DNA of 64,000 nt from Glaucostegus cemiculus (taxonomy: Eukaryota): the NCBI GenBank assembly GCA_976551045.1, contig CDPCPM010000033.1, forward strand, positions 11,346,001 through 11,410,000. The letters are read 5' to 3'. This document shows, piece by piece, positions 38,775-51,680 of the stretch. A program made the translations under genes and the position numbers. Within the stretch, counting starts at the first letter, position 1. Every line of letters starts with the position of its first letter. The notes beneath the pieces are model-generated. The model was not told the DNA's origin. It saw only the letters and a program-made list of their open reading frames with translations, and did not search any database.

Positions 38775-38868
38775 GTTCTGACAAAGGGTCTACGATCTGA
38801 AACGTTAACTCTGTTTCTCTTTCCCCAGATGCTGCCTGACTTTCTGAGTGTTTCCAGCAATTTTTATT
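38775..38868 (+). mobile_element. Penelope-like terminal-repeat relic with degenerate hammerhead core
   Basis: gttCTGACAAagggtctacgatctGAAACGTTaactctgtttctct...cagatgctgcctgac...tttccagca. The same repeat is seen about 7 times in the window. Confidence 0.75.
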
Positions 38869-39619
38869 GCATGTGAGGCTGGACTTGCAATTTCAACTGA
38901 AAGCAGAGTTGGCCTCATTTCTGCATTTGACTGAGTTCATGAGTCAGCTCAAATCCTAAAACCTGAGTTAAATTAAAAGTTTCATGTGTCTTCAGCCTTT
39001 TCGCTATGCCAATGCCCATTTTGCATCACTTTGCAGCCTTACCCTAAAAGTGAAAATGATGGATCCAGTTAATCTGATGAAATTCAGTTGATAAAACCAA
39101 AAATGGGCCAATGGTTCTCCCACACATAATTTGAATGAATTGTGCAAGTTAATGGAATTAGGGTATTAGCATTTAACATGTTTCTTAGCCATCAAAATAT
39201 TGCTAGCCATAATAATTCTGCTACTGTAGTGACCATACTGTAGTTAATCATTATTTCTACGTAACATTTTACATCTATTTATTATTTACCATACACTAGC
39301 TGATCTCAAAGAACTGAACACAATAAATGAGAGAATGCATCTTTTTCAACAATATTGATAGTTGGCAATGGAATAAACAAGATATTGTTTCAGTGTCATT
39401 GATTTAAAATGGGGATGGTATGTTAGAATTTGGCAGGTTTGAAAGGGAAAATATATTAACAAAAAAGAGGAACCAAGAGTTTGGAGGCATTATGGAAGTG
39501 TTGTTGGGGATTACCAACACTATTGCTGGAATATTGAGCTGCAGAAGCATAATGGTGTCATGAATTTGGAAGCACTAAGAGGTGGTTCAGTGTTTTAACA
39601 ACATGTTAAATTATGTCCA

Positions 39620-41220
39620 TGGGTTCATAGACTCATGCAGCATGGAAACAGCTCTTTGGCCCACTGTGCCCATGCCAGTCATCAAGTACCTATCTATCTT
39701 GACCCTGGTCTCCCAGCATTCAATATATATCCTTCTATGTCGTAGCATTTCAAATAGTCCTTATTAAATGTCATAAGATTACCTGCCTCCATCTCTCCCA
39801 CAGGCACTATATTCCATGTTTTAACCCCCTTTGGATGAAATAAATTCTTCCTCAACTCATTCCTAAGTCCCCTGTGCGCTTCCTTAAGCCTGTACCCTCT
39901 GGTTGCAGGTACCTCTATTATAAAGACGTTTCTCCAAGTCAATGCCCCTTACAATTCTGCGTATCTCAGTCAGGTCATCCTTAATCCTACTCTGCTTCAG
40001 TGAAAAACTCAGTCTATGCAATCTCTCCTCAAAGCTCAAATGCTCCATCCCAGGCTGCATCCTGGTGAATCTCCTCTGCACCCATTCCATTGAAAATCTC
40101 ATCCTTCCTATTGTGTGGCAACCGGAACTGCACACAGCACTCAAACTATGACCTAACTAATACCATATTTAAATCATAACCCCACGGTCCATATAATCTT
40201 TGCCCCGGCTAATGAAAGCAAGTATCCCATAGGCCTTCTTAACCACCTTATCTACCTGTGCTGCTTTCGAAGATCTTTGGATAAGCACTCCAGGATCCCC
40301 TTTTTCCTCAGTACTTCCTAGGGTCTTGCTATTCATTATGTATAAATTAACCATATTGGTCCTCCCAAACTGTAACACCTCACTTTCTTTAGGATTAAAT
40401 ACCACCTGCTATTTCTTTGCCCATTTTACCAACTTATTAATGTTGTTCTGTAACCAAAGGCTATTCTTATTATCAACAAACCCATAAATGAACTTAATAA
40501 TAATACCTCCTGCATTCATGTCAAGATTATTAATGCATAGAAAAAACAGCAAGGGTCCCAACACCTATCTTTGTGGTACACCACTGATCAAAGGCTTGCC
40601 ATTGCATAAACAAACCTCAACTAGCACCCTCTGCCTCCAATACAATTTGCCAAATTGCTCTGGATCCCTTGGACTATTAGGTTTTGTACCTGTCTTCTAT
40701 GCCCCATCTTTATCAGTACACTTAATCACCTCCTCAAAAAGTTCAATTAAATTAGTCAGACAGGAACTCCCTTAACAAAACCATGCTGACTAACCCTGCG
40801 TCTCCAAGTGCTGATTAATCCTGTCTCTCAGAATTTTTTCCAACAATTTCCCTACTCACCATCTATAAATACTTGGCTTATCCCTGCTGCCTTTCTTGAA
40901 TATATGTACCACATACTCTGCCCTCCAGTCATCAGGCACCTCATCTGTGGTCAGAGATTATTTGAAGATGTCACTATTTCATTTTTGAATGCCATTACTC
41001 ATTGCCTATAGACTTACCTGCAACTAAATACTACCAGTCTGTTTTCTTTGATATGTCTTATCAAATTGAAATCAGCCTTCTCTCAGTTCAGGACCTTAAT
41101 TTCTGGTCAAATCATTCTCCATAACAATCTTAAAACATATTGAATTACAGTGTCTATCTTCAAAAGATTAGATCCAGTATCCTCCAGAACCTTAGAGTCT
41201 GGAAATACTTGTATGAAACT
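39620..41220 (-). mobile_element. CR1 LINE, 3' ~1.6 kb, decayed
   Basis: Minus-strand ORFs give VQRRFTRMQPGMEHLSFEERL and AQVDKVVKKAYGILAFISRG, from the CR1 RT C-terminus. Confidence 0.9.
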
Positions 41221-41499
41221 CCTGAGTGTGTAATCACTGGAGTATTGTTGAGCGGGTGTGAACGGTTGTTGGGGCTGCTGATGTGCAGAGCTTGGTAGAA
41301 TCTGGAAGGAAATCTTTGTTTGAGAGACTGGTCTCTTTCAGTGAGGAATCAACCATTGGAGAGGGAGTGCAATGGTTTGGTAGCTCAAGGCAACAATCTA
41401 GGAAGCTAATAATTAATTTTAACATGAAACATATTTCTACAAAAAAATTGCAGCTGCAAAAATAAATTATAGACTTTGCTGCATAGTGGTGGTTTGGAA

Positions 41500-42140
41500 C
41501 TGTTTCTTTTCTGGCAGTCCCTTGGGATCAAGGATGACTTGCTTCCCCTCCAATTCCCTGGGTTCTGCAATGGCTAATGAGGCCAATGTGTGAGCTGCAG
41601 TCTCTGCCAAATGTAAGGCAGAAGGCCCTGATAATGTGATGATCAGACATGTGCCAGGGACTCACATGAGTTGGTGTATTTTTAAGGAAGGTTTGAAGAA
41701 TTTCCTCTGCCCATTTGGAAATGGCTTGCTGTCTTCAGAGTAAGTCAGCTGTTTCAGGAGTTCAGTGTGAGGTGTGCAAATTATGTGGCCTGCCCCAGGG
41801 AGTTGGCTGAGTGTAATTGGAATCATACTGCTGGGGATGACGGCCTGGGAGATGACACTAATGTTCTTTCAGTCATCGTGCCAATGGATTTTGCTGAGAC
41901 AGCATTGGTGGTACCTCTCCAGGGCTTGGAGGTGTTTGTAATAAATTGTCTAAAGCAAGCAGATAACAGGAATCACTGCTTTCCAGTAGAGCATGAGCTT
42001 TGTGTTGGGTTTGAGGTCATAATCTTCAAACATCCATTCACTGGGGCAGCCAAGGGCTGGGCTGATACATTGGAGATGATGTGAATTTCAACACTGACAT
42101 CTTCCTTCATTCAGAGGTAGCTTCTGAGATATGAAGGTGG
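41500..42140 (-). mobile_element. RTE (BovB-like) LINE 3' fragment
   Basis: The minus strand reads FEDYDLKPNTKLMLYWKAVIP, characteristic of the RTE ORF C-terminus, and is homologous to 47285-47900. Confidence 0.75.
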
Positions 42141-42289
42141 ATGCATTATACTTAAATCTCCAATTCTGATCCTGATTTCACAACTTTTATGTGTCCCTTA
42201 GTTTGTTGCTTCCCTCTAACTGCCCTAATTAATTTATCAACCAGATAGTTTCAATAATAATTTAATTCCACAGTATTCCAGGTTTCACC

Positions 42290-42760
42290 CTTTCAGAAAC
42301 ATTCCTGATGCTCTTTCCAGTTCCCCCCCACCTTGCCTGTAACTTAAAACCAACTTATTTTGCTTAAATTAAATTAAATTAAATTTTATTTACAGCGTGG
42401 TAACAGGCCCTTTCAGCCCAACGAGTCTGCGCCGCCCATTTTAAAACCTCAAATTAACCTACCCATATGTCTTTTAGAATGTGGGAGGAAATCGGAGCAC
42501 CCGGAGGAAACCCACGCAGACATGGGAGAACGTACAAACTCCTTACAGTCAGCGACGGGAATCGAACCCCAACCACTGGCTCTGTAGCAGCGTCGTGCTA
42601 CCCGCTACACTATCGTGCTGCTCTCGTTTCCAATTCTAGGGCTTTTGGCCTGAAACATTAACTCTATTTCTTTTCACGGATGCTGCCTGGCCTGCTGAGT
42701 ATTTCCAGCATTTTATGTTTCGATTCAGATTTCCAGCATCTGCTGTTTTTTGATTTTCAC
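42290..42760 (+). mobile_element. Penelope-like terminal-repeat relic interrupted by the V-SINE
   Basis: 42290-42364 joined to 42622-42760 aligns by eye with 61750-61940 (ttcc..cacct..tgt.act.. / ttcc.attct..cctgaaacattaact..gatgctgcctg). Confidence 0.7.
42365..42621 (-). mobile_element. Full-length V-SINE with CR1-like tail and (AATTT)n terminus
   Basis: V-domain at 42481-42545. tRNA head with A box (TAGTGTAGCGG) and B box (GGTTCGATTCC). Tail gggctgaaagggcctgttacc, and aaattaaattaaatt at 42366-42385. Confidence 0.88.
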
Positions 42761-45589
42761 ATTGATAATAGTGCCCATGTATCTATATCTTTGAGGCCCA
42801 GGATTTCTCTGCTTTCTCTCAAAGGAGAGAGCAAGGGAGACAGCCTTTAAATTCAATTTGTATTACCTTAAAATCATTTGGGAAAACACAGAAATTGAAA
42901 AATATTGCAATGCCTTAATGAAAAATGAATGTGCCAAGAAAAATATATTCTCTTCAAACAGATATTCTTCTTGATTTATATCAAAGTATTGTTAACTATG
43001 CTTGTGTGTCTTTAGACCTATATCTTTCTGTTTCAGAAATTCAATTTATTTGTAATAGAAGTATAGACTACTTTTTATATAAATTACTTACTTAAATAGT
43101 TTTTAACATTTATTATCAGATATAGTTTTGTAATCATTCTGAAAAACAAATGAATCCATGTTGTTACAAGTATGGAAGAACATGCCTGCAACTAAGCATC
43201 GAGGACTCCTATGAAGAAACTCTGAGGTATCTTATGCATTGCACAATATCACTTTGATTGAGGTATATAGTTTTACGCAATAATTTGGTTCATAAAATGT
43301 AAAACAAGCATTTGAGACATTTGTAATATATATATAAATCTTTATGCAATTATCCTGACCTTTACATTGCTATTCTATTTTCATATCGTTATTTATGATA
43401 AGTTGCTTTAAATTATATCATGGAGTAGGTAGCATTGAATGTATGTTACCCTCTCTAGAGACTTTCACAGGATTTTAAAATTTAATATTCTCATAACCTC
43501 TGCAGTAGGTGCTTGTCAAGTTAGTTGACACTTAAAGATGATTCCATATTCTCGGAATTCAGGTCAGACCCCATTCTCAATTTATATTTGAAAGTTTAAT
43601 GTCAATAAGAAACTAAACTTGCTGTGTGAAGTACCATTAAATATTCAATGTAGAGAATGGGGAGAAGAAAATTTCTGATACGAAGCACTCTTGAGAGAGC
43701 TTTCTTCCATACTAAAGGCATATACTGAGCCCTCTACTAAACAGGATATTTAACGTCTAGCCAGAGAGAAGTAAAATGGTTTAAGTGGTCTGGTAATACC
43801 AGCTATGGCCTCAAGTCATATTTTGTTACTTTGACACTGCATTTGAATTATACTCCATGTCAAATCAGGGCAAGCTTCTCCTTTCTACAGTGTCTCATTC
43901 AGCATCCTTGTGGAGTTATATTTAGATATTGGCTCCAGATTTATACTCTTCCAATTTAGAATTTTTGCAAAGCTGAAAATATGTCAAATCCCATGCTACA
44001 GTGTAAGCCTAGAAATTCATTCATGGTCATTTGTGCTAAATGTGTTATATAGTAGTGTCAGCATCATGTACTCAGCGCCTAAAGTCCACTGAAGTCAATG
44101 TACTACTGCTTAGGAATGGACTTCTGCATCGTAACTCAAATGCACTCGAAAAGGAGTGTCATGTAGAGCTTGCAAAATATGTCATAAATGTCCATATTTT
44201 CTAATAAATTATTATGCAACATTTTGACATCAATTTATATGTTTTCAACTACAAAATAGTGAAGTCATAGTATTTTTCCCCACCATTTAATCTAAAACTT
44301 CATACAGTTGTGTTTGATCCTTTTCAACTTGATGGATTGTTCCTCCTCTTATTAGGTATATGGTTCAGCTTAACCTAAGGTCAAAAAATGGACACCTTTA
44401 ACTTTGGAAATATTTATTACAAAGTCTGTTTGGACAGAATGAGAAAGACATATTGTTTCAGCTTGAGACAAGGTAAGGCAAGGTTTCAATATTAATTTGA
44501 ATAACTAAGTTCAAGGATATTTTCTTTCATGTTTTTGTGCTGTGTTGAGAAACTAATCTGCAAAAAATTGTAAATAACTGCAAGTCATAATATATTGTTT
44601 TGGAACACATGACAGCTTAATGGATTGTCAAAATGGCATACACAGCTGCTTTTTCAACAAATCAATTTTCTTTGATGAAACATTATTATGTGGAAATGTT
44701 GTTCCAATACCATGGTCCAGTTAGTTAGTTATCAGGGCAGGAAACATACCTGAATTAGAAGTCATTATACCATTTTGGTATTAAATTATACAAATCCAGG
44801 TTTTTTATACATGTAAATAGACATTGATAAAATGTATCAATGACAAGGAATTAGCTCAGCAACAATTGTAACCATGCTCTTTACATTTGATAATTTATTC
44901 TCCTCTATTTAGCACTCTACCAAAGACAAAGATGATCTTAGTAATGTAGAAGAAACAGCCTTCTGTATTAAAATTATTTGTGGAAAAGATAAAACACAAT
45001 CATTTTGTGTTATGAAGGTACGAATATTTACAGTGAACTAAGTGAACTTTCATATGGCAAGCTGTATACAAAAAGCCTGGTCTTCATCCAAGGCTGTAGA
45101 AAGATAATACAAAGTTATAAATCATTCATTCATCCAATAAAGATAATGAAGACAATCAGAAGAAAGTGTATATGCTGGAAGAAGCTCTACAGAAAAAATC
45201 ACCAATAAACCGATACTGCAAATACACGATTACTCATTCACTAAAAGTAAAAAGCACTTGAATTGCTATAATCATTGCATTTTCCACATACATTTTAAGA
45301 GAAATATATTTGCTTTGTTTGGTTCCTTATTCATGCCTTAATGAACTAATTAAACCTTTCCATATTTAACAAAAAGTTTTATGTTACATACTTAGGCAAC
45401 TGAATCCTAAGTGCAGCATTAGAAAACTAATATCAAAAGCTGAGTATCAACTAACTTTTTGGAGATTCTATTTGGTAAATAAGTTTATTGCACATGAATA
45501 AATTAGTCCAAATTCCATTGTTCTTATAGTAATCATGAATGGACTGTGCCCAAATTGCCTAATGTTTTAGGCTTCTCATTTAGGAAGGG

Positions 45590-46270
45590 ATTTAGGTGCA
45601 TTCGAAGGAGTTCAGAGAAGGCTATGTCAATTCCTGGAATGTTGTCCTTAGAAGAATGGTGACTCAAGTTGGGCCTTTATTCATTAGAGTTGAGAAGAAT
45701 GAGAAGTAAGCTTATTGAAACCTGAAGGAACTTGATACCTCATTTGCCAAGAGATAATTTAGGAACAGCTTCTTCTCCTCCACCATCAGAATTCTGAACG
45801 ATCCAAGAACACTACTTCATTATTCCTTTATTTTGCACTATTAATTTATTTTGTAATTTACAGTAATTTTATGTCTTTGTACTGTACTGCTTCCACAAAA
45901 CAACAAATTTCATGACATATATGTCAGTGATAATAAACCTGATTCTGATTCTGATTCTCTTGGGAGAATCTAGAACTAGAAGACATAGCTTCAGAATAAG
46001 GAGCTGCCTATTTAAGACTGGGATGAAATAGATTTTCTTTTATCAGAGGGTCATGAATCATTGGAACCCTCTACTTCAAACAGCTGTCAAGACTAAATCA
46101 TTCACCATGTTCAAGTCTGAGACGTACTTTTGATCTATAGGGGAGTTATGGGCCCTGAGGAAACATAAAGGAATATGGAGCAGAGGCCAAGATTGGATTA
46201 GTCATGATTTTATTGAACAGCAGAGCAGGCATGGATGACCACATTGCCCAATCCTGTTCCTATTATTTAT
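45590..46270 (+). mobile_element. CR1 3' fragment containing an inserted Rex-Babar 3' end (~45755-45958)
   Basis: CR1 relics flank a segment tttaggaacagcttcttc...ccatcaga..ctgaac...gataataaacctgattctgattctgattct that is near-identical in type to 61510-61705. Confidence 0.8.
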
Positions 46271-46299
46271 GTTTTTAACTTAACATCCTGTAGTCATTT

Positions 46300-46820
46300 G
46301 CTATTTAAGCAATGTTCTGCTTTTCTATCCTTTTTACAAAAGTGGATAACTTCAAATTCCATACATTGTAAATTGTTGCCAAATTTGCCAAATATGCCAA
46401 ATTTTTGTCCATATCCATTTGCAGATTCTTTGTGTCCCCCTCACAATTTGCTCTCCCTCCTGTCCATATCATCAGCAAATGTAGCCTCAGTACATCAGGT
46501 TCCATCATCTAAGTACTTGTTATACATGGTCATTGAGATCTCGGCACTGATCCCTTTGGTACCCCAGTAGTTACTTCTTACAAACCTGAATGTGATCCAA
46601 ATATCCTGCTACTGTTTTCAGCTAATTCTCTGTTCATATTACCCAGTACACTGTAGCTACTGGTTCTCCTCTATCCACCATCCTTGTTACATCTTTAAGG
46701 AATCCTAATAAATTTATCAAAATAATTCCCTTTTCCATGTTCACTCTGCTTAATTTTGTTATGATTTTCTAATTGCCCTGCTACAATATTATTTTCTTCG
46801 TAATGGATTCTAGCATTTTT
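46300..46820 (-). mobile_element. Decayed CR1 RT fragment
   Basis: Minus strand ...ggggtaccaaagggatcagtgcc (GVPxGSV) and acatttgctgatgat (FADD). Confidence 0.75.
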
Positions 46821-47284
46821 TTCAGTAATAAATCAGTTCTGTGTCCATCATTCCCATTTGGCTAGTTCACAGAAAATTTATCAGTTGCTCTGAGTATTCA
46901 ATGCAATTTAAAACTATGGGAATCTTTCAAAGAGATAATAGTAATCTTCTTCTTTTCTGTGTTCTTTGACCCAAACAACAGAGATGCAATAAAACTTGTT
47001 ACAACTGCACCAGTTTTTGATGTTTTAGACAATCACCAAAAAAAAGTTGTAGTGATGCATTTACACTCTTTGTAAATCCAAGGCAGCTGTCAGGACACTA
47101 ATGAAAAATTACCACGTTGGTGTCTGTTCAACAGTCTCCCAAGTGGCATCAACATCTGACAATCTAAATGTCAGTACAACTGTACTTTTTAAGAACTGCA
47201 TATACTGTGTGGTATGACTTTGATACCTTGTTGTTCCAGGCACTTCTGTTAATTGAGAGTTACTGCCTCAATTTCACACCAAGA

Positions 47285-47900
47285 CCCTGGAAAATGTGGA
47301 CCACTTTCCATACCTCAGGAGCCATTCTTCAGCACAGGCAAATATCAATGATAAAATTCACCACCATCTTCAGTGCACTAACACAACTTCTGGTCGATTG
47401 GGGAAAAGGATGCTTGAAAGTCAAGGCCTCAAAACTGGCATAAACTCATAGTCTACCAGGCAGCAATGATTCATGACCTCCTACGTGCTTCTGAGACTAT
47501 CTGTAGCAGGATTTTCAAGGCACTGGAAAGATATGCTACCTCTGTAAAATCCTTCAAATTCACTGAAAAGATAAGCAATATCAGTCTCATCTCATGAGGC
47601 AACATCCCCATAATTGAGGGCCTAGTGGCATTCAGCTCCATTGAGCAAACCATGTCACACACCTGAAACATATACTCTATTTTGAACTCTACCGCAGGAA
47701 GGTACTACCAGGCATTCAGAGGAAAATATAGAAGGATGTGCTCAGAGCATCCTTGGAAAAATGCAGCAACTCCACCGACTTGAGAATTCTAGGCCTGTGA
47801 CCGTTCAGACTGGAGAAAAAACACTTGGGCTGATATTGAGAACCTGAGAGGTAGGATCTGTGATCCTCAAGTTGGTCTCATCAATCAGCTCACAACCTGC
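47285..47900 (+). mobile_element. RTE (BovB-like) LINE fragment
   Basis: Hand translation LENVDHFPYLRSH..QANINDKIHHHLQC...GRLGKRML contains the RTE F.YLGS motif region. Confidence 0.8.
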
Positions 47901-47904
47901 AAAA

Positions 47905-47977
47905 CCAGAGATAGAGAAAGATATAGAGAGACAGAGATAGAGATATTTTTATTAGTCACATGTACATCGAAATACAC
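47905..47977 (-). mobile_element. Truncated tail of the 23.8-kb SINE family with a GA/GATA-rich repeat
   Basis: tttattagtcacatgtacatcgaaa is identical to 23779-23803. Confidence 0.75.
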
Positions 47978-48674
47978 CCAATCCCAAGGAAATACCTCTT
48001 GAGAAGACTGCCTTAAATAAAGAATGATCTAGGTATCGCGCTGCCTCTGTTATTTGCTTTTCAAGAAGCAACTCAAAGAAACTTACAGAAATTAATTTGG
48101 TGTTAAGTTTCTGCCACTTGAGGGAAAGTTGGTTGAACTTAAGGAACAGGTAAAAAGGTATGATTTCCACACCATTATAGATAGACCTTGTTGGATTGCT
48201 TAGTTTGTGGAAACCATTTAATGTAGTGGAAAAGGTATTCAAGGGAAAAGGTGTAATAGCTATGAGGGTGGAAACGTGAGTCAGCTTCACTCAGAGCATG
48301 GTTCCACTGTTCATTTGGTGAGCAAGGCCATAGAGAACATCATAACACATGGACTTCTTCCATGCTGCCAAGTCATGTGGAGGCTACAGATAGGTTTAGC
48401 AGGGAACTAGTAAGTCACATGAATGCAACGGATGGGGTGGCTACAGGTCTGTGAGGGCATAAGGCCAAGGGTGTTAACTTCTTCAGGGGCTTGCACCAGT
48501 TAGAATGCAACCTAAAAGCTATCCAGTCTCTTGAAAAAGGCCTATTTATTCCTCTTGCTTGCTTCTTGTCGGTCAACTAATTTTCAATCCATGCCAATTT
48601 ATAATCCTCAATACCATGCACTTTAATTTTGCACACTAACTTTTTATACCATGCACTTTAATTTTGTGCAAGCC

Positions 48675-49625
48675 TTGATCAGCAAGTTTGAGGATGACAT
48701 GAAATTAGGAGGTCTTGTTGATAGTGACAAAGGTTATTGTAGATTACAGGAGGATCTTGCTCAGTTAGGGAAGTGGGCTGAGGAGTAGCAAATGGATTTC
48801 AATACAGACAAATGTGATATGATGTAATTTGGAAAGTCAAACCAGAGTAGGACTTATGCTATGAATAGTGGGGCACTAGAGAATGTAATGGAACAGAGGC
48901 ACCTAGGAGAACAAGTGCATAGCTCGTTGAAAGCAGCATCACAGGTAGACAGGGTGGTGAAAAAGGCATTTAGCACACTGGCCTTCATCAGTCAGGGCAC
49001 TGAGTATGGGAGTTAGGACATTATGTTGTAGTTGTATAAGTTGTTAGGGAGGCTGCAGTTAGAGTACTGTGTATACGTTTCGGTCATCCTATTATAGAAA
49101 AGACGTGGTTAAAATGGAAGAAGTGTAGAGAAGATCTACGAGGATGCTGTCAGGACTAGAGGGCCTGAGTTATAGGGAGAGGTTGGCCAGGCTCGGTCTT
49201 TATTCCTTGGAATGTAGGAGAATGAGGGGCAACCTCATAGAGGCGTTTAAAAATATGAGAAACATAGATAAGGCAGAGGATAACAATCTTTTCCCCAGGG
49301 TAGGGCCGTCCAATACTAGGGGGCATAGATTTAGGGTCTGATGGGAAAGATTTAAAAAGGGTCCTGAGGGGCAACTTTTTCATGCAGAGGAATGAGCTGC
49401 CAGAGGACGTGTATGGAATGAGCTGCTAGAGGAAGTGGTTGAGGCAGGTACAATAGTATCATTTAAGAAGCACTTGGATAGGTACATAGAGGGGCAAGGC
49501 ATAGAGGGATATGGGCCAAATGCAGAATGCAGGAAATTAGGACTAGCTGGGTGGTCACTGTGGTTGGCATGGACTGGTTGGGCCGAAGGGTCTATATCCG
49601 TGATGTATTGCTGTATGACTCTATA
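48675..49625 (+). mobile_element. CR1 LINE 3' ~950 bp, relatively well preserved
   Basis: ISKFEDDMKL (FADD), GLEGLSYRERLARLGLYSLECRRMRG and a typical 3' UTR gggccgaagggtct...tgtatgactctat. Confidence 0.92.
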
Positions 49626-49639
49626 ACCTATTGTGTGGA

Positions 49640-50210
49640 ATTTTACCAAAATCTTTCTGAAAAACTAAGTACATCATATCTACAGGCTTTCTTTTGTCTA
49701 TCCTACAGTTTCATTCTCAAAATCCTTCAGTAGTTTTTCAAACATAATTTCCTTTTAAGAAGTCCACTTTGACTTGTTTAATCCCATTGATGGTTTGCAG
49801 GTGTTCTGTTCTCTCATTCTGTATAATAGACTTTAGCCCATGTTAGGCACCAGTAGTTTCCTGTCTTCTTTCCCCCTCCTTTTTTTTTTAATAGTAGGAT
49901 CACATTTTCCATCTCCAATCTGTAGCAACTATCCCATAACCTACAGAATTGTGGAAAATGATAATCTATGCATCCACTATTTCTACACCCTCTATTTGGA
50001 GGCAACTTCAAAGCAGCAAAGATCTTTCGAAGGATGCTCCAAATGCATTGGATTCAAATTAGATATGGTGCAGCCAGAAAGTGCAAGACAGACTGAATAC
50101 AGTTATAGAGTAACACAGCATGGAACAGGTCGTGCTGACCAAGATGCCCATCTAAGCTTGTCCCAGTTGCTCACGTTTGGCCCACAACCCTCGAAACCTT
50201 TCCTATCCAT
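49640..50210 (-). mobile_element. CR1 fragments (RT N-terminal relic and a 3' end)
   Basis: NVILLLKK...KTGNY in ORF 49814..50011. An inverted 3' end atagagtaacacagcatggaacagg lies at 50105. Confidence 0.7.
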
Positions 50211-50559
50211 CACGTCAGAGGCAAAAGCAAATATGAAGTAATGGCGATATTAATGGAGATATTGATCCCTCTTAGGTTTCAAAGTTGACAGTTTAGTGAA
50301 AACAGGTGATGTCAAGAAAATACTCAGAGTATATAACACACTGCATACAGTTAAGAAGACATTAATGTTGAGGCATTAATTGTAGAACAAGATGTGAGAC
50401 TAGATATATGTGGGGACGACTTGCCAAGACCTCCTCTGGAATTACTAGTGCCTGGAGTAGCTTCTTCAGAAACGGCAAATGTAAATTGCAGTAAAGAGTT
50501 CTGTGAACAAAAAAGTCAAAAAATCAAGTAAATTTGTAGTTAGTTGAATTTCCAACATT

Positions 50560-51680
50560 ATATTGATTTAGGTATTTAACGGATTGCATACATTCATCTG
50601 CATAAATAGTTAATAGTGTGTATGATTTGATGCTTTTCTAAAGGTTAGCAATGAGGTGTATATCAGTGTAAGTATAGCTTTGAAAAATAAGTATAGATAT
50701 GGTATGACTTTGAAACCATGTTCTACAAATACCACTGTTAGTTGAGAGTTACTGGATTTTCTATTCAAGTTGGTGGGCTGTGACTAGTGGTGCTGCAGGA
50801 ATCTGTAGGAGGAGTCTTCTCCTACAGAGGAATCTGCTGCAGGAGTCTTGGATCCCACATATGATGATATGAAACTAAGTGGGAATACAAGTAATGATTA
50901 AGATGCAAAGCGGCTTCAAGGAGACTTGGGCAAGTGAAGTGAATGGACAACAACATGGCAGATAGACTACAGTATGGGAAAATGTGAGGTTAAAATTACG
51001 CTGTGTTTTTAGAAAAGAAAAAGAAAAGAAATGCTGAGTATTTATTTAATTGTGAAAAATTGGAAAACACCTATATGTCCTTGTACATAAGTCACTGAAA
51101 GATAACACGCAGGTGGAGCAAGCAATTAGGAAAGGAAATGGTATGTTGGCCTTTAATGCAAGCGGATTTGATTACAAAGATAGAGGTGTCTTACTATAAT
51201 TACATAAGGCATTGGCGAGACCACACCTGGAGTTCTGTGAACAACTTTGGTCTCCTTACCTAAAATTATATACTTGCCATAGAGGAAGTGCAGGAAAGAT
51301 TCACCAGGCTGGTTCATGAAATGGCAGGTCTGTCATAAGAGAGTAATTGGAGAGTTAGGCCTCTATTCTTGGCTTTGAAGATTGGAGATTACTTCATTGA
51401 ACTGTGCTACATTTTTAGAGAGTTCGACAGGACAGATGTGGGAGGAAGCTTCTCCTGTTTGGAGGATTGCAGAACTAAGGCTCCAAATAAGGCGGAGGCA
51501 ATTTAGGACTCAGAGGGTAGTGAATCATTAGAATTCCCTACCTGAAGTTCTGTGATGCTCAGCCATTGATTGTGTTCAAAACCTAGATCAATAAATTTCT
51601 AAATAATGGAAGATTCAAGGGCTAAGGGAATAAGGCAGGAAAATTATGTTTAAGGAAAACAATCAGCTATAATCTTCCTG
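50560..51680 (+). mobile_element. Decayed CR1 LINE RT and 3' region
   Basis: Relics read QVEQAIRKGNGMLAF, LARPHLEFCEQLWSP and IEEVQERFTRLV. Confidence 0.85.

Noticed and set aside
39073-39100. Isolated CTGATGA matches (also 335, 22189, 55879) as intact hammerheads
   Set aside because: No stem II followed by GAAA at a suitable spacing.
42545-42621. tRNA-like A/B boxes as a tRNA gene
   Set aside because: This is the head of a V-SINE. It continues into the V-domain and tail and has no complete cloverleaf.
48611-48666. 21-bp direct repeat (ataccatgcactttaattttg twice) as a CRISPR-like array
   Set aside because: Only two units, at a junction of CR1 fragments in a vertebrate genome. A local duplication.
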